DNA of 64,000 nucleotides. Origin: a virus. Its lineage: Duplodnaviria; Heunggongvirae; Uroviricota; Caudoviricetes. A program made the position numbers and the translations under genes. The DNA is taken from positions 22,466-86,465 of IMG/VR virus record IMGVR_UViG_3300020049_005532; one strand, given 5' to 3'. The notes under the pieces are model-generated. The model ran no database searches and was not told where the DNA came from. It worked only from the letters and a program-made list of their open reading frames with translations. This document shows positions 18,557 to 27,843 of this stretch, piece after piece; the first letter of the stretch is position 1, and each line of letters opens with the position of its first letter.

Positions 18557-20751
18557 TGTCATGGCGAGATACTATTCAACCAATTGATTCGGCTCCGACC
18601 CAAGCCTCGTCTTGGCGCGACACTATTAAACCGATAGAAGAAGTGCCAAAATATTCATTTCTAGATGACATGAAAAGTGCAGCTTCCGGACTTGTGTCTG
18701 GAATTCCTAATATTCCAAGCAAGGGACTAAGTATGGCCCCTAAGGCTCCTGAACCGGATTATTCATTTGTTGACGATATGAGCATGGGCGCTGCTATTGC
18801 TGGAAATAGTATAATTGATAATACTCCGGCTTTAGGTCGAGGGGGCATTCAAAGCTTCTTAATGAACGGGGCTGACGAACTTGGTGGTCTTGGTATGAAG
18901 ACACTTGATCTCGGACAAGCTGGACTTAATAAAATAGGTTTAACGGGTCCAAGTCCTTCGCAAGTCAATCAACAACTTCTAGATCAAGGATTCACTGGCG
19001 ATCTTCGTACCGACATGTATCGTCAGGGTCAAGAGGAAACTGAAGCAGAATTTAAAGCTGCTGAACAGGAAAGTCCTTGGCTGTATGGTTTGGGACAACT
19101 TGGTGGCGCGGTAGCCTCTGGTATGATGACTGCTCCACTGCTTGCTGGCGCTGGCACGGCTATTGGTGCGTCTAAAGCTGGTTCTGCTGCAACACAAGCT
19201 CTTGGTCAAGCATTACCTGGAGCAGCTAAATATTTTTCTAGTGGTAAAACTCTTCCAAACGCATTGACTGCCGCAGGTAAAATGGCAGCAATAGCGGCAC
19301 CAGAGGGCGCTGTATTCGGCGCTCTTGGATCTGAGAATAATTTAATTGGTGCAAGTCCTGAAGAAAGAGCTAATTTCCGTGGCGATATCATTGAAGGTAC
19401 TGCAACGGGTTCATTGATTGGCGCGGGCATGGGTCTGGCTGGAGAGTTAGTTCCGGCTGCCGGTCGCGGCTTAATGAATTATTTTGATGACACAGTAGAA
19501 GATAGTAACGTTTTACGACAAGCGAAAGTTGCTTATAAAGAGGGCCAAGAGGGAATTAATTACGGCTCGACTAAGCAAGGCGAAGAGGGCCTCGAAGGCG
19601 TTTTTGATGCAACTGCTTCGCGAGAAAATAATGCCGCAGCAGATTTTTCTAATAGAATCCTAAAGGCAGATGAAGAACTTGGTAAAGCAGTAGGAAGATC
19701 TTTAGATTTGGCAACAGATGCCGGAGTAAAGGTTAAAATCAACAGTCAGATTAAACAATTGGCTAAAGATATTGATGCTTCAATTAACCAAAATCCTTTA
19801 ATCTTTGGTAACGGAAAAGCGGTTAAGACATTTAAAAATCTTGATATCAATGCAATGAGTCCAAGAGACATGAAAAGCGCGATTAATGATATCGACGAGG
19901 CGCTTACTATCTTAAAAAGAGACAACCGAGCCGATGTCGGATTTATGGTTCGTGACATGATAAAGCTACAAAAAGCTTTAAGTGAAGAACTTAAAACGCA
20001 AATTCCTCAGTATGCTAAAGCCGCAAAACGGTTTGCGTCTATGCGAGAAGCTATTCCGGAAACAATTACTGCCGGAGGTTCTCCAAGTAAATTTAGACCA
20101 AATTCTAATATGCTTGGTAACATGAAAGAAGCAGATTCCAAACTTTTTGGATCAATGTATAAGTTAGTTGGAGAAGCAACTAGGGAAGGCGCTCACGAAG
20201 GAAGCGAGACATTTGCGGCATTAATAAAAAATAGTAAGTTGTTAGAAAAAGAAGAACTTGCAAGGATTTTGCGTAACGAGATTACGCCAGATCAAACTGT
20301 ATTTAAAATGATGGGATTTGATGATGCGGCAAGTTTTATTAAAGCAGTTAAAAAAGAAGCAGATAAATCCGCTGCAATCCGTGGAGCACAGAAAACTGCT
20401 CTGATGGCAGAGGGAACTGACACAGTTTTACAGGGATTATCTAAAGGCGGATTAGCTAACGTTGGTCAAGGAGCTGTTCCAAAGACAGCTAACGCATTCG
20501 GTCGTTATTCAACTGGTATGAAAAAAGTCGGCAAGAGTTTATATTCAATGGGACCGCAACAATTAAACGAAGTTGCAGAAAAACTTATATCTAAACAATC
20601 AAGTTCTCAAATTGGACAAGCTTTACAAGATGCTATTACGAATAGCGATCAGGCCAAGAAGAACGCAATATTGTTTACGATAATGCAGAACCCGAACCTT
20701 CGCCTTGACCTTGTTGATCAAGTTCCTTCAGAAGATCAAGAAGCTCAATAA
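18556..20751 (+). CDS. G/A-rich protein (731 aa), candidate internal virion / ejection protein.
   Basis: ATGA-coupled to the upstream gene. Glycine/alanine-rich hydrophobic central segment. Confidence 0.4.
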   Translation: MSWRDTIQPIDSAPTQASSWRDTIKPIEEVPKYSFLDDMKSAASGLVSGIPNIPSKGLSMAPKAPEPDYSFVDDMSMGAAIAGNSIIDNTPALGRGGIQSFLMNGADELGGLGMKTLDLGQAGLNKIGLTGPSPSQVNQQLLDQGFTGDLRTDMYRQGQEETEAEFKAAEQESPWLYGLGQLGGAVASGMMTAPLLAGAGTAIGASKAGSAATQALGQALPGAAKYFSSGKTLPNALTAAGKMAAIAAPEGAVFGALGSENNLIGASPEERANFRGDIIEGTATGSLIGAGMGLAGELVPAAGRGLMNYFDDTVEDSNVLRQAKVAYKEGQEGINYGSTKQGEEGLEGVFDATASRENNAAADFSNRILKADEELGKAVGRSLDLATDAGVKVKINSQIKQLAKDIDASINQNPLIFGNGKAVKTFKNLDINAMSPRDMKSAINDIDEALTILKRDNRADVGFMVRDMIKLQKALSEELKTQIPQYAKAAKRFASMREAIPETITAGGSPSKFRPNSNMLGNMKEADSKLFGSMYKLVGEATREGAHEGSETFAALIKNSKLLEKEELARILRNEITPDQTVFKMMGFDDAASFIKAVKKEADKSAAIRGAQKTALMAEGTDTVLQGLSKGGLANVGQGAVPKTANAFGRYSTGMKKVGKSLYSMGPQQLNEVAEKLISKQSSSQIGQALQDAITNSDQAKKNAILFTIMQNPNLRLDLVDQVPSEDQEAQ

Positions 20752-21139
20752 TATCGTCTTCTGTAACCACATCCAAATCTTCATATTTCTCCAGGGTTAG
20801 ATTCTTATTCAGCCCTGGATACATCTCAATCAAATTCTGAATGTCCCTATTACGGGCGTTATTGCGATCAAAAGCGTCTTTCTTATCAGACTTCTTCTTT
20901 AGAATATTCTTCTTCTTACGCTTGGATTTAAATCCGGTATGAAGCCATTCTTCAGTAAAATCATTTAACCACTGTTTTTCTTCTGGACTTAGCTTATCTA
21001 GATAATCATAATCTAATTGCTTTTGTCTATTCAGTAGGTTCTTCTTCGGGTTTAGTGCGGGGTATTTTGAAGCGGATTGTTTCATGCCAGTTTTTTTGGG
21101 CGTCTTTCCAGTCTTCGATGTCTTGCTCTTGTTGCTCAC
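20675..21139 (-). CDS. Basic (Lys-rich N-terminus) hypothetical protein. The true start is probably an internal Met.
   Basis: ORF track only. Its 3' end overlaps the convergent + gene by 77 nt. Confidence 0.3.
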   Translation of the reverse strand: MSNKSKTSKTGKTPKKTGMKQSASKYPALNPKKNLLNRQKQLDYDYLDKLSPEEKQWLNDFTEEWLHTGFKSKRKKKNILKKKSDKKDAFDRNNARNRDIQNLIEMYPGLNKNLTLEKYEDLDVVTEDDIIELLDLLKELDQQGQGEGSGSALS

Positions 21140-21728
21140 TTAGGGACTTCCTTATATGTTCTTTGTCAATGCCAAACCAATGGGCCGTGGCATCTAGTTT
21201 TTTTCTTTGAAAATTAATTGACAGAAAGCGTTTAAATGCCTTAGCGTCTAAAAACACATTCTTGTTTGTATCTCTGCACCATTCTTGAAACATGTAATAA
21301 AACACATACCAAGGCAAGTAGTAATGTCCTTGAATGATATTTTTATCAGACAAGAACTGAGACATCTTTTTTTGAAAATTAAGTGATTTATTTTTACGAA
21401 TTGGTCGCTTTTCTAAAAGATCATAAAGCGATTTACCAATTTGCATTGTCGTAGTATTAAGTTTAAACCGACCAGATTCAAATGGCAAAAACTTACTAAG
21501 ACGAATAGTACAGGTATGTTGACTAATCTTCTCTTCTGTTGTAAAAAGATTAAAAAGTCTGTGAAGAATAACCGGACTAATTGGGTTAGACCCTGCTTCT
21601 AAGCCGTATGTGGCTATGAAGCGCATGGTTTCTTCAGTATATTTATCAGAAGGCAACTCTTCCGGTAAGTCGCCGTCTAACTTCTCTAAAAGTTCTTCAA
21701 CTGTTTGATTATGAAGACTTTTGTTCAT
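21027..21728 (-). CDS. Hypothetical protein (233 aa).
   Basis: ORF track. No motif recognised. Confidence 0.4.
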   Translation of the reverse strand: MNKSLHNQTVEELLEKLDGDLPEELPSDKYTEETMRFIATYGLEAGSNPISPVILHRLFNLFTTEEKISQHTCTIRLSKFLPFESGRFKLNTTTMQIGKSLYDLLEKRPIRKNKSLNFQKKMSQFLSDKNIIQGHYYLPWYVFYYMFQEWCRDTNKNVFLDAKAFKRFLSINFQRKKLDATAHWFGIDKEHIRKSLSEQQEQDIEDWKDAQKNWHETIRFKIPRTKPEEEPTE

Positions 21729-21731
21729 AGA

Positions 21732-22163
21732 TCAGAATTCCAAGCTGAGTGATAGTCCTGCTGATTGATCTCCCCATCCTTGTGCTCCGACAAAGAATGG
21801 GCCTAAGATGCGTCGCTCTACTTGAAAGCCGTAAACCGGAATGACATTAGTTAAGCTGGCTTTTGCCATAATACCAGCCTTCCATTGTGCCTTTTCAGAA
21901 ACAACCGTGACATCTTTACGATTCTCGGCATCACGACGAGATGTTTCCTTAGATGTTTCGTCAATAGAGGTAGTGGTTTCTTTTGTTCCATCAGGTCGAA
22001 CTACTTCTTTGATAACAGTCTTAACTTCGCGTTTAACAACTTCAACTTCTTTGATCACTTCAACTTCTTTAGTTACAACTTGAGGAGGCTGAACGTAACG
22101 TCCAACTGCGTATCCAACAAGTCCTAACAATAATGCGACAATAATCAGCGTCTTGGTATTCAT
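21732..22163 (-). CDS. Membrane-anchored / secreted protein with KEVEV repeats and an OMP-like C-terminus ending in Phe.
   Basis: N-terminal hydrophobic helix. Repeats KEVEVIKEVEVVKREVKTVIKEVV. C-terminus VYGFQVERRILGPFFVGAQGW...LSLSLEF is related to the C-terminus of the 45357..45809 protein. Confidence 0.45.
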   Translation of the reverse strand: MNTKTLIIVALLLGLVGYAVGRYVQPPQVVTKEVEVIKEVEVVKREVKTVIKEVVRPDGTKETTTSIDETSKETSRRDAENRKDVTVVSEKAQWKAGIMAKASLTNVIPVYGFQVERRILGPFFVGAQGWGDQSAGLSLSLEF

Positions 22164-22169
22164 ACAACT

Positions 22170-23069
22170 CTACTTTAGTGAACAGCGTTCTACGCCAGTT
22201 CGACAAGATTCAATTTTATCTGCCATACGTTCAAATTTAACGTTTTTGATAGCAGGAAAGGTAACGGTCTTAATTGTTACATCGTTAAGTCTTGTACCAG
22301 TTACTTTATTTGTTTTTTTAGCTACTTCAAAAAGACGGGTAGAGCCGTTTGCTTCAATCCATTTTAACTTATTCATTTCTTCGCTAACAAAGAGTTTCAA
22401 ATATTCAACTGGAACAACAAATCCGTGCGATACACCTCGGCCTACGCCAGCAAACGCCAAGCCGACCAATCGACCGTTGTCGTCAAAAACTCCGCTACCA
22501 CTATTACCTGGAGCTATCATAATACTAGTCGCCATTGAGTTGTAAGACTTAATGATTGGCATTCCCCCAAACCAGAAACAGAACATTGGACTTTCTTCCA
22601 TTTCTTCTGGAGAACATTTTTCAACTCCGGTAATCAGAGTGATCTCTAGATTTTTAGAGCTATATCCTTCTGTCACCATTGCCGGAAGAAGAAAAGGGTG
22701 TCCGGAAATACGGAGTTTAGAACCAAACTTCGGGGCTTCTTGTGCAAGGACGGTTTGATGTTTCAAGTTACCTACCACTTGAACCAAACAGATATCATGT
22801 ACTTTTGATCGTTTAAATCTTTCAATTGGATATTCGCCAATAGAAGTGGTTACTAGTCCGCCAGTCTCCATTCCATCACAGACGTGAGAGTTGGTTAGAA
22901 CTAGGCTGCTAGACTCGCCAGAACGAAAGATAACTCCAGACCCGCCACTTTCCTTAGCCTTGTCTGAAATCATCACAGTGACCGTCTGGAGATCTAATGG
23001 ATTGGTTGGTCGATTAACTTCAGCGTGAGCTGAGACAGCGAGAAACATTGGTAAAATATACTTAAGCAT
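22170..23069 (-). CDS. Secreted trypsin-like (S1 family) serine protease.
   Basis: Signal peptide MLKYILPMFLAVSAHA. TNSHV provides the His. GNSGSGVFDDNGRLVGL is the GDSGGP-type Ser motif. Confidence 0.75.
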   Translation of the reverse strand: MLKYILPMFLAVSAHAEVNRPTNPLDLQTVTVMISDKAKESGGSGVIFRSGESSSLVLTNSHVCDGMETGGLVTTSIGEYPIERFKRSKVHDICLVQVVGNLKHQTVLAQEAPKFGSKLRISGHPFLLPAMVTEGYSSKNLEITLITGVEKCSPEEMEESPMFCFWFGGMPIIKSYNSMATSIMIAPGNSGSGVFDDNGRLVGLAFAGVGRGVSHGFVVPVEYLKLFVSEEMNKLKWIEANGSTRLFEVAKKTNKVTGTRLNDVTIKTVTFPAIKNVKFERMADKIESCRTGVERCSLK

Positions 23070-23092
23070 GTCTTTCCTTTAGTAAGGGTTTA

Positions 23093-23485
23093 TTATTCAT
23101 CTATAATATCATAACTAATTGATTTGTCAAGCTTTTTCTTGTCTCTGTTCATTTTTCTTTCAGTATTTTCAACTAAAGTCTTGACAGAGTGACAAGAGGA
23201 ACATACCACCTGATACCCTTCGGCCTTGCAAAATAGCCGATTTATAAACCCTTCCCAACCGTCCCAGCCGGTAACTGGAATTATAGGGTCCTTGTGATCT
23301 AATTGAATGTCTTTTTTGGAAAAAGTGCCTTGGCACGAAGCGCACTTATATATCCCTCTTGAGAGTCTAGCGTCGGTCATTGCCTGATTGCGAGGCGGCC
23401 ATCTGTAACTAGCTCTCCTCAATGAAGCAATGATAAACGCTTTTAATATCTCTTCGTGGGATTTAACCTTCTTCGGTTTCTTCAT
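23093..23485 (-). CDS. HNH endonuclease.
   Basis: CASCQG...LDHKDPI...GG...N...LFC..CH.VKT is a classic HNH core. Confidence 0.65.
   Translation of the reverse strand: MKKPKKVKSHEEILKAFIIASLRRASYRWPPRNQAMTDARLSRGIYKCASCQGTFSKKDIQLDHKDPIIPVTGWDGWEGFINRLFCKAEGYQVVCSSCHSVKTLVENTERKMNRDKKKLDKSISYDIIDE
23103..23130 (-). promoter_or_regulatory. Sigma70-like promoter TTGACA-N16-TATTAT reading into the protease gene.
   Basis: RC of 23125-23130 is TTGACA and RC of 23103-23108 is TATTAT. RBS AAAGGAA lies before the ATG at 23069. Confidence 0.35.
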
Positions 23486-23766
23486 AATTTCTTTGCTTTA
23501 GTTCTGAAAGCGCATGTGTCGCAGCTTTGGAAGTATCTACCAGCAACAACGTGTTCGATCAGCTTACCTTTTCCGCAAGCAGTACAGACTTCTTCGTAGT
23601 TCTCATGTTGCGTTGGGTCTTCTGGTTCATCTGGTATGTTCTCAAAGTTGTATTCACGTCTTTCGTAATGTTTAAGTTGTTTCTTTAGCTGCCGGATTTC
23701 ACTCTTTAAACCCCGAATAACACCTAGGTAGTATTCGTTAGAGTTTTTTTCCCTCTTTTTAGGCAT
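23482..23766 (-). CDS. Small Zn-ribbon protein (94 aa).
   Basis: CTACGKGK...(17)...CDTCAF forms a CxxC...CxxC arrangement. Confidence 0.4.
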   Translation of the reverse strand: MPKKREKNSNEYYLGVIRGLKSEIRQLKKQLKHYERREYNFENIPDEPEDPTQHENYEEVCTACGKGKLIEHVVAGRYFQSCDTCAFRTKAKKL

Positions 23767-23976
23767 TTATTCCTCTGATTTAAGTTCGCCTTCAACAATC
23801 ATATGATAAACGATTAAGTCTCCGTTTTGTTCTTTTTTAAGAACTTTAGTTTTCCAATCTAACCAATAAATTGAGTCAACTTCCTGTTTTAAATATTCAT
23901 TAAAATATGATTCAACTTCTTGATTTGATTTCCATAAATTAGTTCCGTCGTGTGCTTCAAATTCATGCAAAATCAT
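23767..23976 (-). CDS. Hypothetical small protein (69 aa).
   Basis: ORF track, tightly packed. Confidence 0.3.
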   Translation of the reverse strand: MILHEFEAHDGTNLWKSNQEVESYFNEYLKQEVDSIYWLDWKTKVLKKEQNGDLIVYHMIVEGELKSEE

Positions 23977-24392
23977 GTTCCACTGCTTCCATATCCGCCA
24001 GTGCCTCGTGCTGTATCAGATAATTCTTCAACAAATTTTCCATCATGTAGCAAGATTGGAACAATTACAAGTTGACCAATTCGATCTCCGACTTTATATT
24101 TTGTTAAATGTCTATTTACGTCTTTAAATCTAAAAGTAACAGAGCCACGGAAACCGGCATCGACTACTCCAACAGAATTGCCGAGCATTAAACCGGTTTT
24201 AGTGATACTTGATCTTGGAAATAAAAAGCCGACATAACCAGGAGGAATTTCTACAGCAACGCCTGTGTCGTATTCAATATAAGCATCTGTCACCTTTTCA
24301 CTTACAGCAGTCATGTCCATGCCTGCATCAAAGGCATTAGCTCGTTTTGGAAGAACCGCTTCTGGATGTAATTTCTTGAATTTAATTGCCAT
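23973..24392 (-). CDS. dut: dUTP diphosphatase (dUTPase).
   Basis: Motifs AGMDM, FPRSS, VDAGFRG and GDRIGQLVI, at the conserved dUTPase motif positions. Confidence 0.85.
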   Translation of the reverse strand: MAIKFKKLHPEAVLPKRANAFDAGMDMTAVSEKVTDAYIEYDTGVAVEIPPGYVGFLFPRSSITKTGLMLGNSVGVVDAGFRGSVTFRFKDVNRHLTKYKVGDRIGQLVIVPILLHDGKFVEELSDTARGTGGYGSSGT

Positions 24393-24897
24393 CGTTAAAT
24401 CCTGCCATTGAAGTTTGTGTGTCTACTTTAAAATCAAACGTATCAGTTAACCACGTTAGTCCATCATAGCTAATATTACCCTTACCGTCACGAACAATCC
24501 AACGACCCAACGCATCGCGCTCCACAGCCATTCCTGGACCAACAGCAACAATTGGAGCAACTTGTATCACTTTTGGTTCAGCCGGTTTAAAGCGATCATC
24601 TTGATGGGGATGATGATCTTTGATATCAATCATTATAGCAAGGTCTGCAATCGCATGATGAAGGTGATGAATTTTGGATTCTTTGTCAAAATCTTCACCG
24701 TCCAGAAATTGAGACATGTGACGCAATACTTTATCGGCCATAACAGTAAGAGGAAATCCGTCTTCTTTAAATGAGTATTTTCCGTGTTTTGTTTGTCCAT
24801 ATGTTAGTGCTTCTCCGCATCCCCACAAAGCTGATTTTGGTACTAATGATAGTTTTGGTTTGCCTTCGTCTCGCATATTATACCCTATATAATTCAA
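24382..24897 (-). CDS. Hypothetical protein, possibly a phage dATP/dGTP pyrophosphohydrolase-like protein.
   Basis: The N-terminal segment GKPKLSLVPKSALWGCGEALTYGQTKHGKY resembles phage dNTP pyrophosphohydrolase N-termini. This is a weak recollection only. Confidence 0.3.
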   Translation of the reverse strand: MNYIGYNMRDEGKPKLSLVPKSALWGCGEALTYGQTKHGKYSFKEDGFPLTVMADKVLRHMSQFLDGEDFDKESKIHHLHHAIADLAIMIDIKDHHPHQDDRFKPAEPKVIQVAPIVAVGPGMAVERDALGRWIVRDGKGNISYDGLTWLTDTFDFKVDTQTSMAGFNDGN

Positions 24898-25017
24898 TGG
24901 TGTAAAGTGTTATTTTTGTTTCGCCTAAGCAGAGAAGTATTGCTCCAATGCCGTCGTTGCTGATGCAGAGGTCGTATCCAACTACATCTCCTACAACGTA
25001 AGAGAAGTAAGGTCTAA

Positions 25018-25497
25018 TCATGGTGACAGCTCGTTTAATTTAGCAAATTCTCCATGATGTTTCTTTGCTAATTCATTGTAATAAGTTGCTGCTTCTTTTG
25101 CCGTTTTAAATCCAGATTTTCTATACCTAATTCCTTTAACCATTAACTCGGCAGCATAACGGTTTTGTCTTGGATCGTAAGAAACACCTTTATATCCAGA
25201 TCTATTATTCTTATTTTTTGGTCGGTTCATTCCGTTTGAACTTTTATCACTTAAACGTAAGTTGCTTTTTCTATTATCTAGAGGATTCATATTTATATGA
25301 TCGACCAGTATATTTGGATCAGAGATATTTAATATCACTCTATGTAAATAGAGAAACTTCTTGTTATAGTAAGCAACTACTCTTTTGTAGTCTCCGGTTT
25401 TTAATAACCGCCATTTATGTAATTGTAAAACACTTTGGTCTTCTTTGTCAATTAAAATCTCTTCATTTTCAATAAAAACTTTCATTACTCGGTCCAC
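25018..25497 (-). CDS. HNH homing endonuclease with a C-terminal AP2 DNA-binding domain.
   Basis: LHRVIL...VDHINMNPLDNRKSNLR is HNH_3-type. SGYKGVSYDPRQNRYAAEL...KGIRYRKSGFKTAKEAATYYNELAKK is AP2-type. Confidence 0.75.
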   Translation of the reverse strand: MDRVMKVFIENEEILIDKEDQSVLQLHKWRLLKTGDYKRVVAYYNKKFLYLHRVILNISDPNILVDHINMNPLDNRKSNLRLSDKSSNGMNRPKNKNNRSGYKGVSYDPRQNRYAAELMVKGIRYRKSGFKTAKEAATYYNELAKKHHGEFAKLNELSP

Positions 25498-26765
25498 TTA
25501 AGTTCTTTATTATAAGTCGGAATAATTTTATCTAATTCCTCGTCTTCGTCAGCAACATCAACTCGAACTAGACGAGAATCTCCAAGAATAAAATCCTTAG
25601 TTGATTCAAAAACAACTTGAGCAACAAAATTTGTGTTGATTGTCAAGCTATGAGCGAAGCCATCAATCCCAGAGAGACTCGGAGCAATATAGACTTCTAC
25701 GCCGTCGTCAGTGATAAAATGAGCAAATACATGAACGTGGCCGAGAATCAAAAGTTTAATTGGTTCGCGTTTCTGTGCAATTTCTCCGGCATTAAAATCT
25801 TTAATTGCGCTGCTAAGAGCTTTAACGTTAATTGTCTTTCCTGGATTACCTAGTGCTGAAGAAAAGACGTGATCGCCGTGAGCATACATCGCTCTGCCGC
25901 CAGGTAGATCAATAAATCCATAAGGAGTTTTTGGGAAGTTAAACTTGATTTGAGGACTTTTTCTAAAGGCAACGCTTAGGCCGTAATATACCATGTTTTC
26001 ATAGCTATCATAAACTTCAGAAACTGCGCGTTTACCGTGATTTTTATGTACCCCTCGCGAGTGATTCCCTGGGATTCCATGAACAATAACTTCTTTGTAT
26101 GATTGAGATAAAAATGCGATGGCGTGAGTCAAGATTTGTAACAACGCATTCTGTTGATGAACAAGAAGATGAATACCTTTTGTTTCTAATCCGTGAATTA
26201 TCCCCGCAGTTAAATCTCCGTTCAAAACTAAATGGAGGCGAGTAACTTCGTGTCTATGTCGAATTTTATAATCAGCCACTTCTTTTGCAAAGTAAGCAAA
26301 TCTTCGACCTGCCTCTTTAAAATCAAACCCGTTAAGTCCGTTTAACTCTTCTTGATCAATAATTGCGCCAACGTGAGTGTCATTTAATACTGCAACAACT
26401 TCTCTTTTTTGTTTGATTGTTTTTGCTTGCGGCTTATATTGCTTAAGTTTTGGAACAGTTGGGGGATTGTTTCGAACAATATCCATTAGGCGATCTTCAA
26501 ATGATTGTTTTTCGCCAAGTTTGCGTTCTAGATCATTGATGTATTTTGATTGAGCTTTAATATCTCTAATAGCTCCAAGATTTTTGTCCTCAATAGGGAA
26601 ATTCGCCTTAATAATTGAAGACAACCCGCCAAACTTTCTAAGTTCCCATTCTGTTACATCAGAATCAGATAGTAACATCGTCTTTGTTACTTTATCTGGA
26701 AGTACATCATTGTTTTTTGCGACCGTTTTAATCTTATTAACTATTGTTTTTAATTCTTTATTCAT
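25485..26765 (-). CDS. Calcineurin-like metallophosphoesterase with an N-terminal extension (SbcD/Mre11-type motif set). Likely start is the ATG at 26765; the track ORF starts at a TTG at 26789.
   Basis: Motifs NDTHVG, NGDLTAG, GNHSRG, AHGDH and LILGHVHV. RBS AAGAAAGG lies upstream of the ATG at 26763-26765. Confidence 0.55.
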   Translation of the reverse strand: MNKELKTIVNKIKTVAKNNDVLPDKVTKTMLLSDSDVTEWELRKFGGLSSIIKANFPIEDKNLGAIRDIKAQSKYINDLERKLGEKQSFEDRLMDIVRNNPPTVPKLKQYKPQAKTIKQKREVVAVLNDTHVGAIIDQEELNGLNGFDFKEAGRRFAYFAKEVADYKIRHRHEVTRLHLVLNGDLTAGIIHGLETKGIHLLVHQQNALLQILTHAIAFLSQSYKEVIVHGIPGNHSRGVHKNHGKRAVSEVYDSYENMVYYGLSVAFRKSPQIKFNFPKTPYGFIDLPGGRAMYAHGDHVFSSALGNPGKTINVKALSSAIKDFNAGEIAQKREPIKLLILGHVHVFAHFITDDGVEVYIAPSLSGIDGFAHSLTINTNFVAQVVFESTKDFILGDSRLVRVDVADEDEELDKIIPTYNKELKWTE

Positions 26766-26792
26766 CTTAGCCTTTCTTAAGCCAACCAATGC

Positions 26793-26820
26793 AGTATATC
26801 ATAAGTATTTGAAATGTCAA
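26793..26820 (-). promoter_or_regulatory. Sigma70-like promoter TTGACA-N16-TATACT.
   Basis: RC of 26815-26820 is TTGACA and RC of 26793-26798 is TATACT. Sits directly upstream of the phosphoesterase gene. Confidence 0.5.
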
Positions 26821-26999
26821 GAGATTTCTTCCCAACCACCATCATTGAGCAATTCTTCTTCGGAATAACCCATGCCAGCAGGCCCTCCATCCCAAATCGA
26901 GTAGTCAAAATCAATTGGGATAGAAAAATTTACCAAACAAATTCTATATGTTAACTCATAATTTTTATTGGTAAAAGTGCTATTTTTAAAGATCTTCAT
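26817..26999 (-). CDS. Small hypothetical protein (60 aa).
   Basis: ORF track. Confidence 0.25.
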   Translation of the reverse strand: MKIFKNSTFTNKNYELTYRICLVNFSIPIDFDYSIWDGGPAGMGYSEEELLNDGGWEEIS

Positions 27000-27571
27000 G
27001 TTATCTCATCAATCAAATTTAAATCCAAAGCTTGTTCAGGCGTTAAAATAGTATCAAACTTTAATAATTCCTTAACCTGACGCTTGGTATATTTAGGCTG
27101 TTTTACCTGGATCTTTCTCAAGATAATGTCCTCAAATATCAGCTCGTCCTTTTCGTGTTGTTCCATCCAGCGTTTATTGATTTCTGGATGGTTCATCTCT
27201 AAGCCCATTTGACCAGTATGAAGCATCATTCTTGAGTTTTTGGACATGACTCTGTGATCGGCAGCTTGCAGTATCCAAGCAGCAATACTCATTACCGCGC
27301 CATAAGCTTTAATCGTCACATGGTTCTTACATTCGGTAATGGCGTCATAGATGGCCATGCCAGATCCCTGATCGCCTCCTAGCGAGTTTAAAAGGATTGT
27401 AATGGGCTTTCCTTCGGCTTGTGAAGAATGGTCTAGGACATGTAATGCCTTAATGACTTTAGCCGCAAGCTCTGCTGTCACTTCTTCGTGCATAATGTCA
27501 ATAGTTCTTGTTGGCACATAGATACCATGATCATAAAATTGGTCAACAAAGTCTTTATCGCTGCGTTTCAT
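26996..27571 (-). CDS. ClpP-like serine protease subunit (copy 1).
   Basis: ILLNSLGGDQGSGMAIYDAI...VTIKAYGAVMSIAAWILQAAD...RVMSKNSRMMLHTGQ parallels ClpP YINSPGG..GMSIYDTM..GQAASMGAFLL..NSRVMIHQP. Confidence 0.8.
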   Translation of the reverse strand: MKRSDKDFVDQFYDHGIYVPTRTIDIMHEEVTAELAAKVIKALHVLDHSSQAEGKPITILLNSLGGDQGSGMAIYDAITECKNHVTIKAYGAVMSIAAWILQAADHRVMSKNSRMMLHTGQMGLEMNHPEINKRWMEQHEKDELIFEDIILRKIQVKQPKYTKRQVKELLKFDTILTPEQALDLNLIDEIT

Positions 27572-27839
27572 CGATGCCTTTTTTCTCTAGAACTTTTGTA
27601 TGACGAATAAGATGCGAGTTTAAAACCATCTGGGCATCATACAAGTCTTCTAGTAGTTTTAATACAAATATAAAGTTTCTGTGAGGAATAAGTATTTTGT
27701 AACATTGATCAAGAGCTATCATTGCCGCTTTAATCTGTGGAACATATTTTTTAGCTTTTTGATAAGCAAGGAAGTCAACGGATTTAACGTTGGTGTCAAT
27801 TTCTGTCGGTTTAGATTTAAACGGATTAAAGAAGCTCAT
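27555..27839 (-). CDS. Hypothetical protein (94 aa).
   Basis: ORF track. Confidence 0.35.
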   Translation of the reverse strand: MSFFNPFKSKPTEIDTNVKSVDFLAYQKAKKYVPQIKAAMIALDQCYKILIPHRNFIFVLKLLEDLYDAQMVLNSHLIRHTKVLEKKGIDETQR

Positions 27840-27843
27840 AATT

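Noticed and set aside
21841-22127. + strand ORFs (80 aa each) inside the - strand module. Similar nested ORFs include 24562-24774, 25170-25475, 28694-28933, 37055-37330, 44561-44974 and 60894-61253.
   Set aside because: All are antisense to well-supported - strand genes, low-complexity or Ser/Leu/Phe-rich, and lack RBSs. Judged shadow ORFs.
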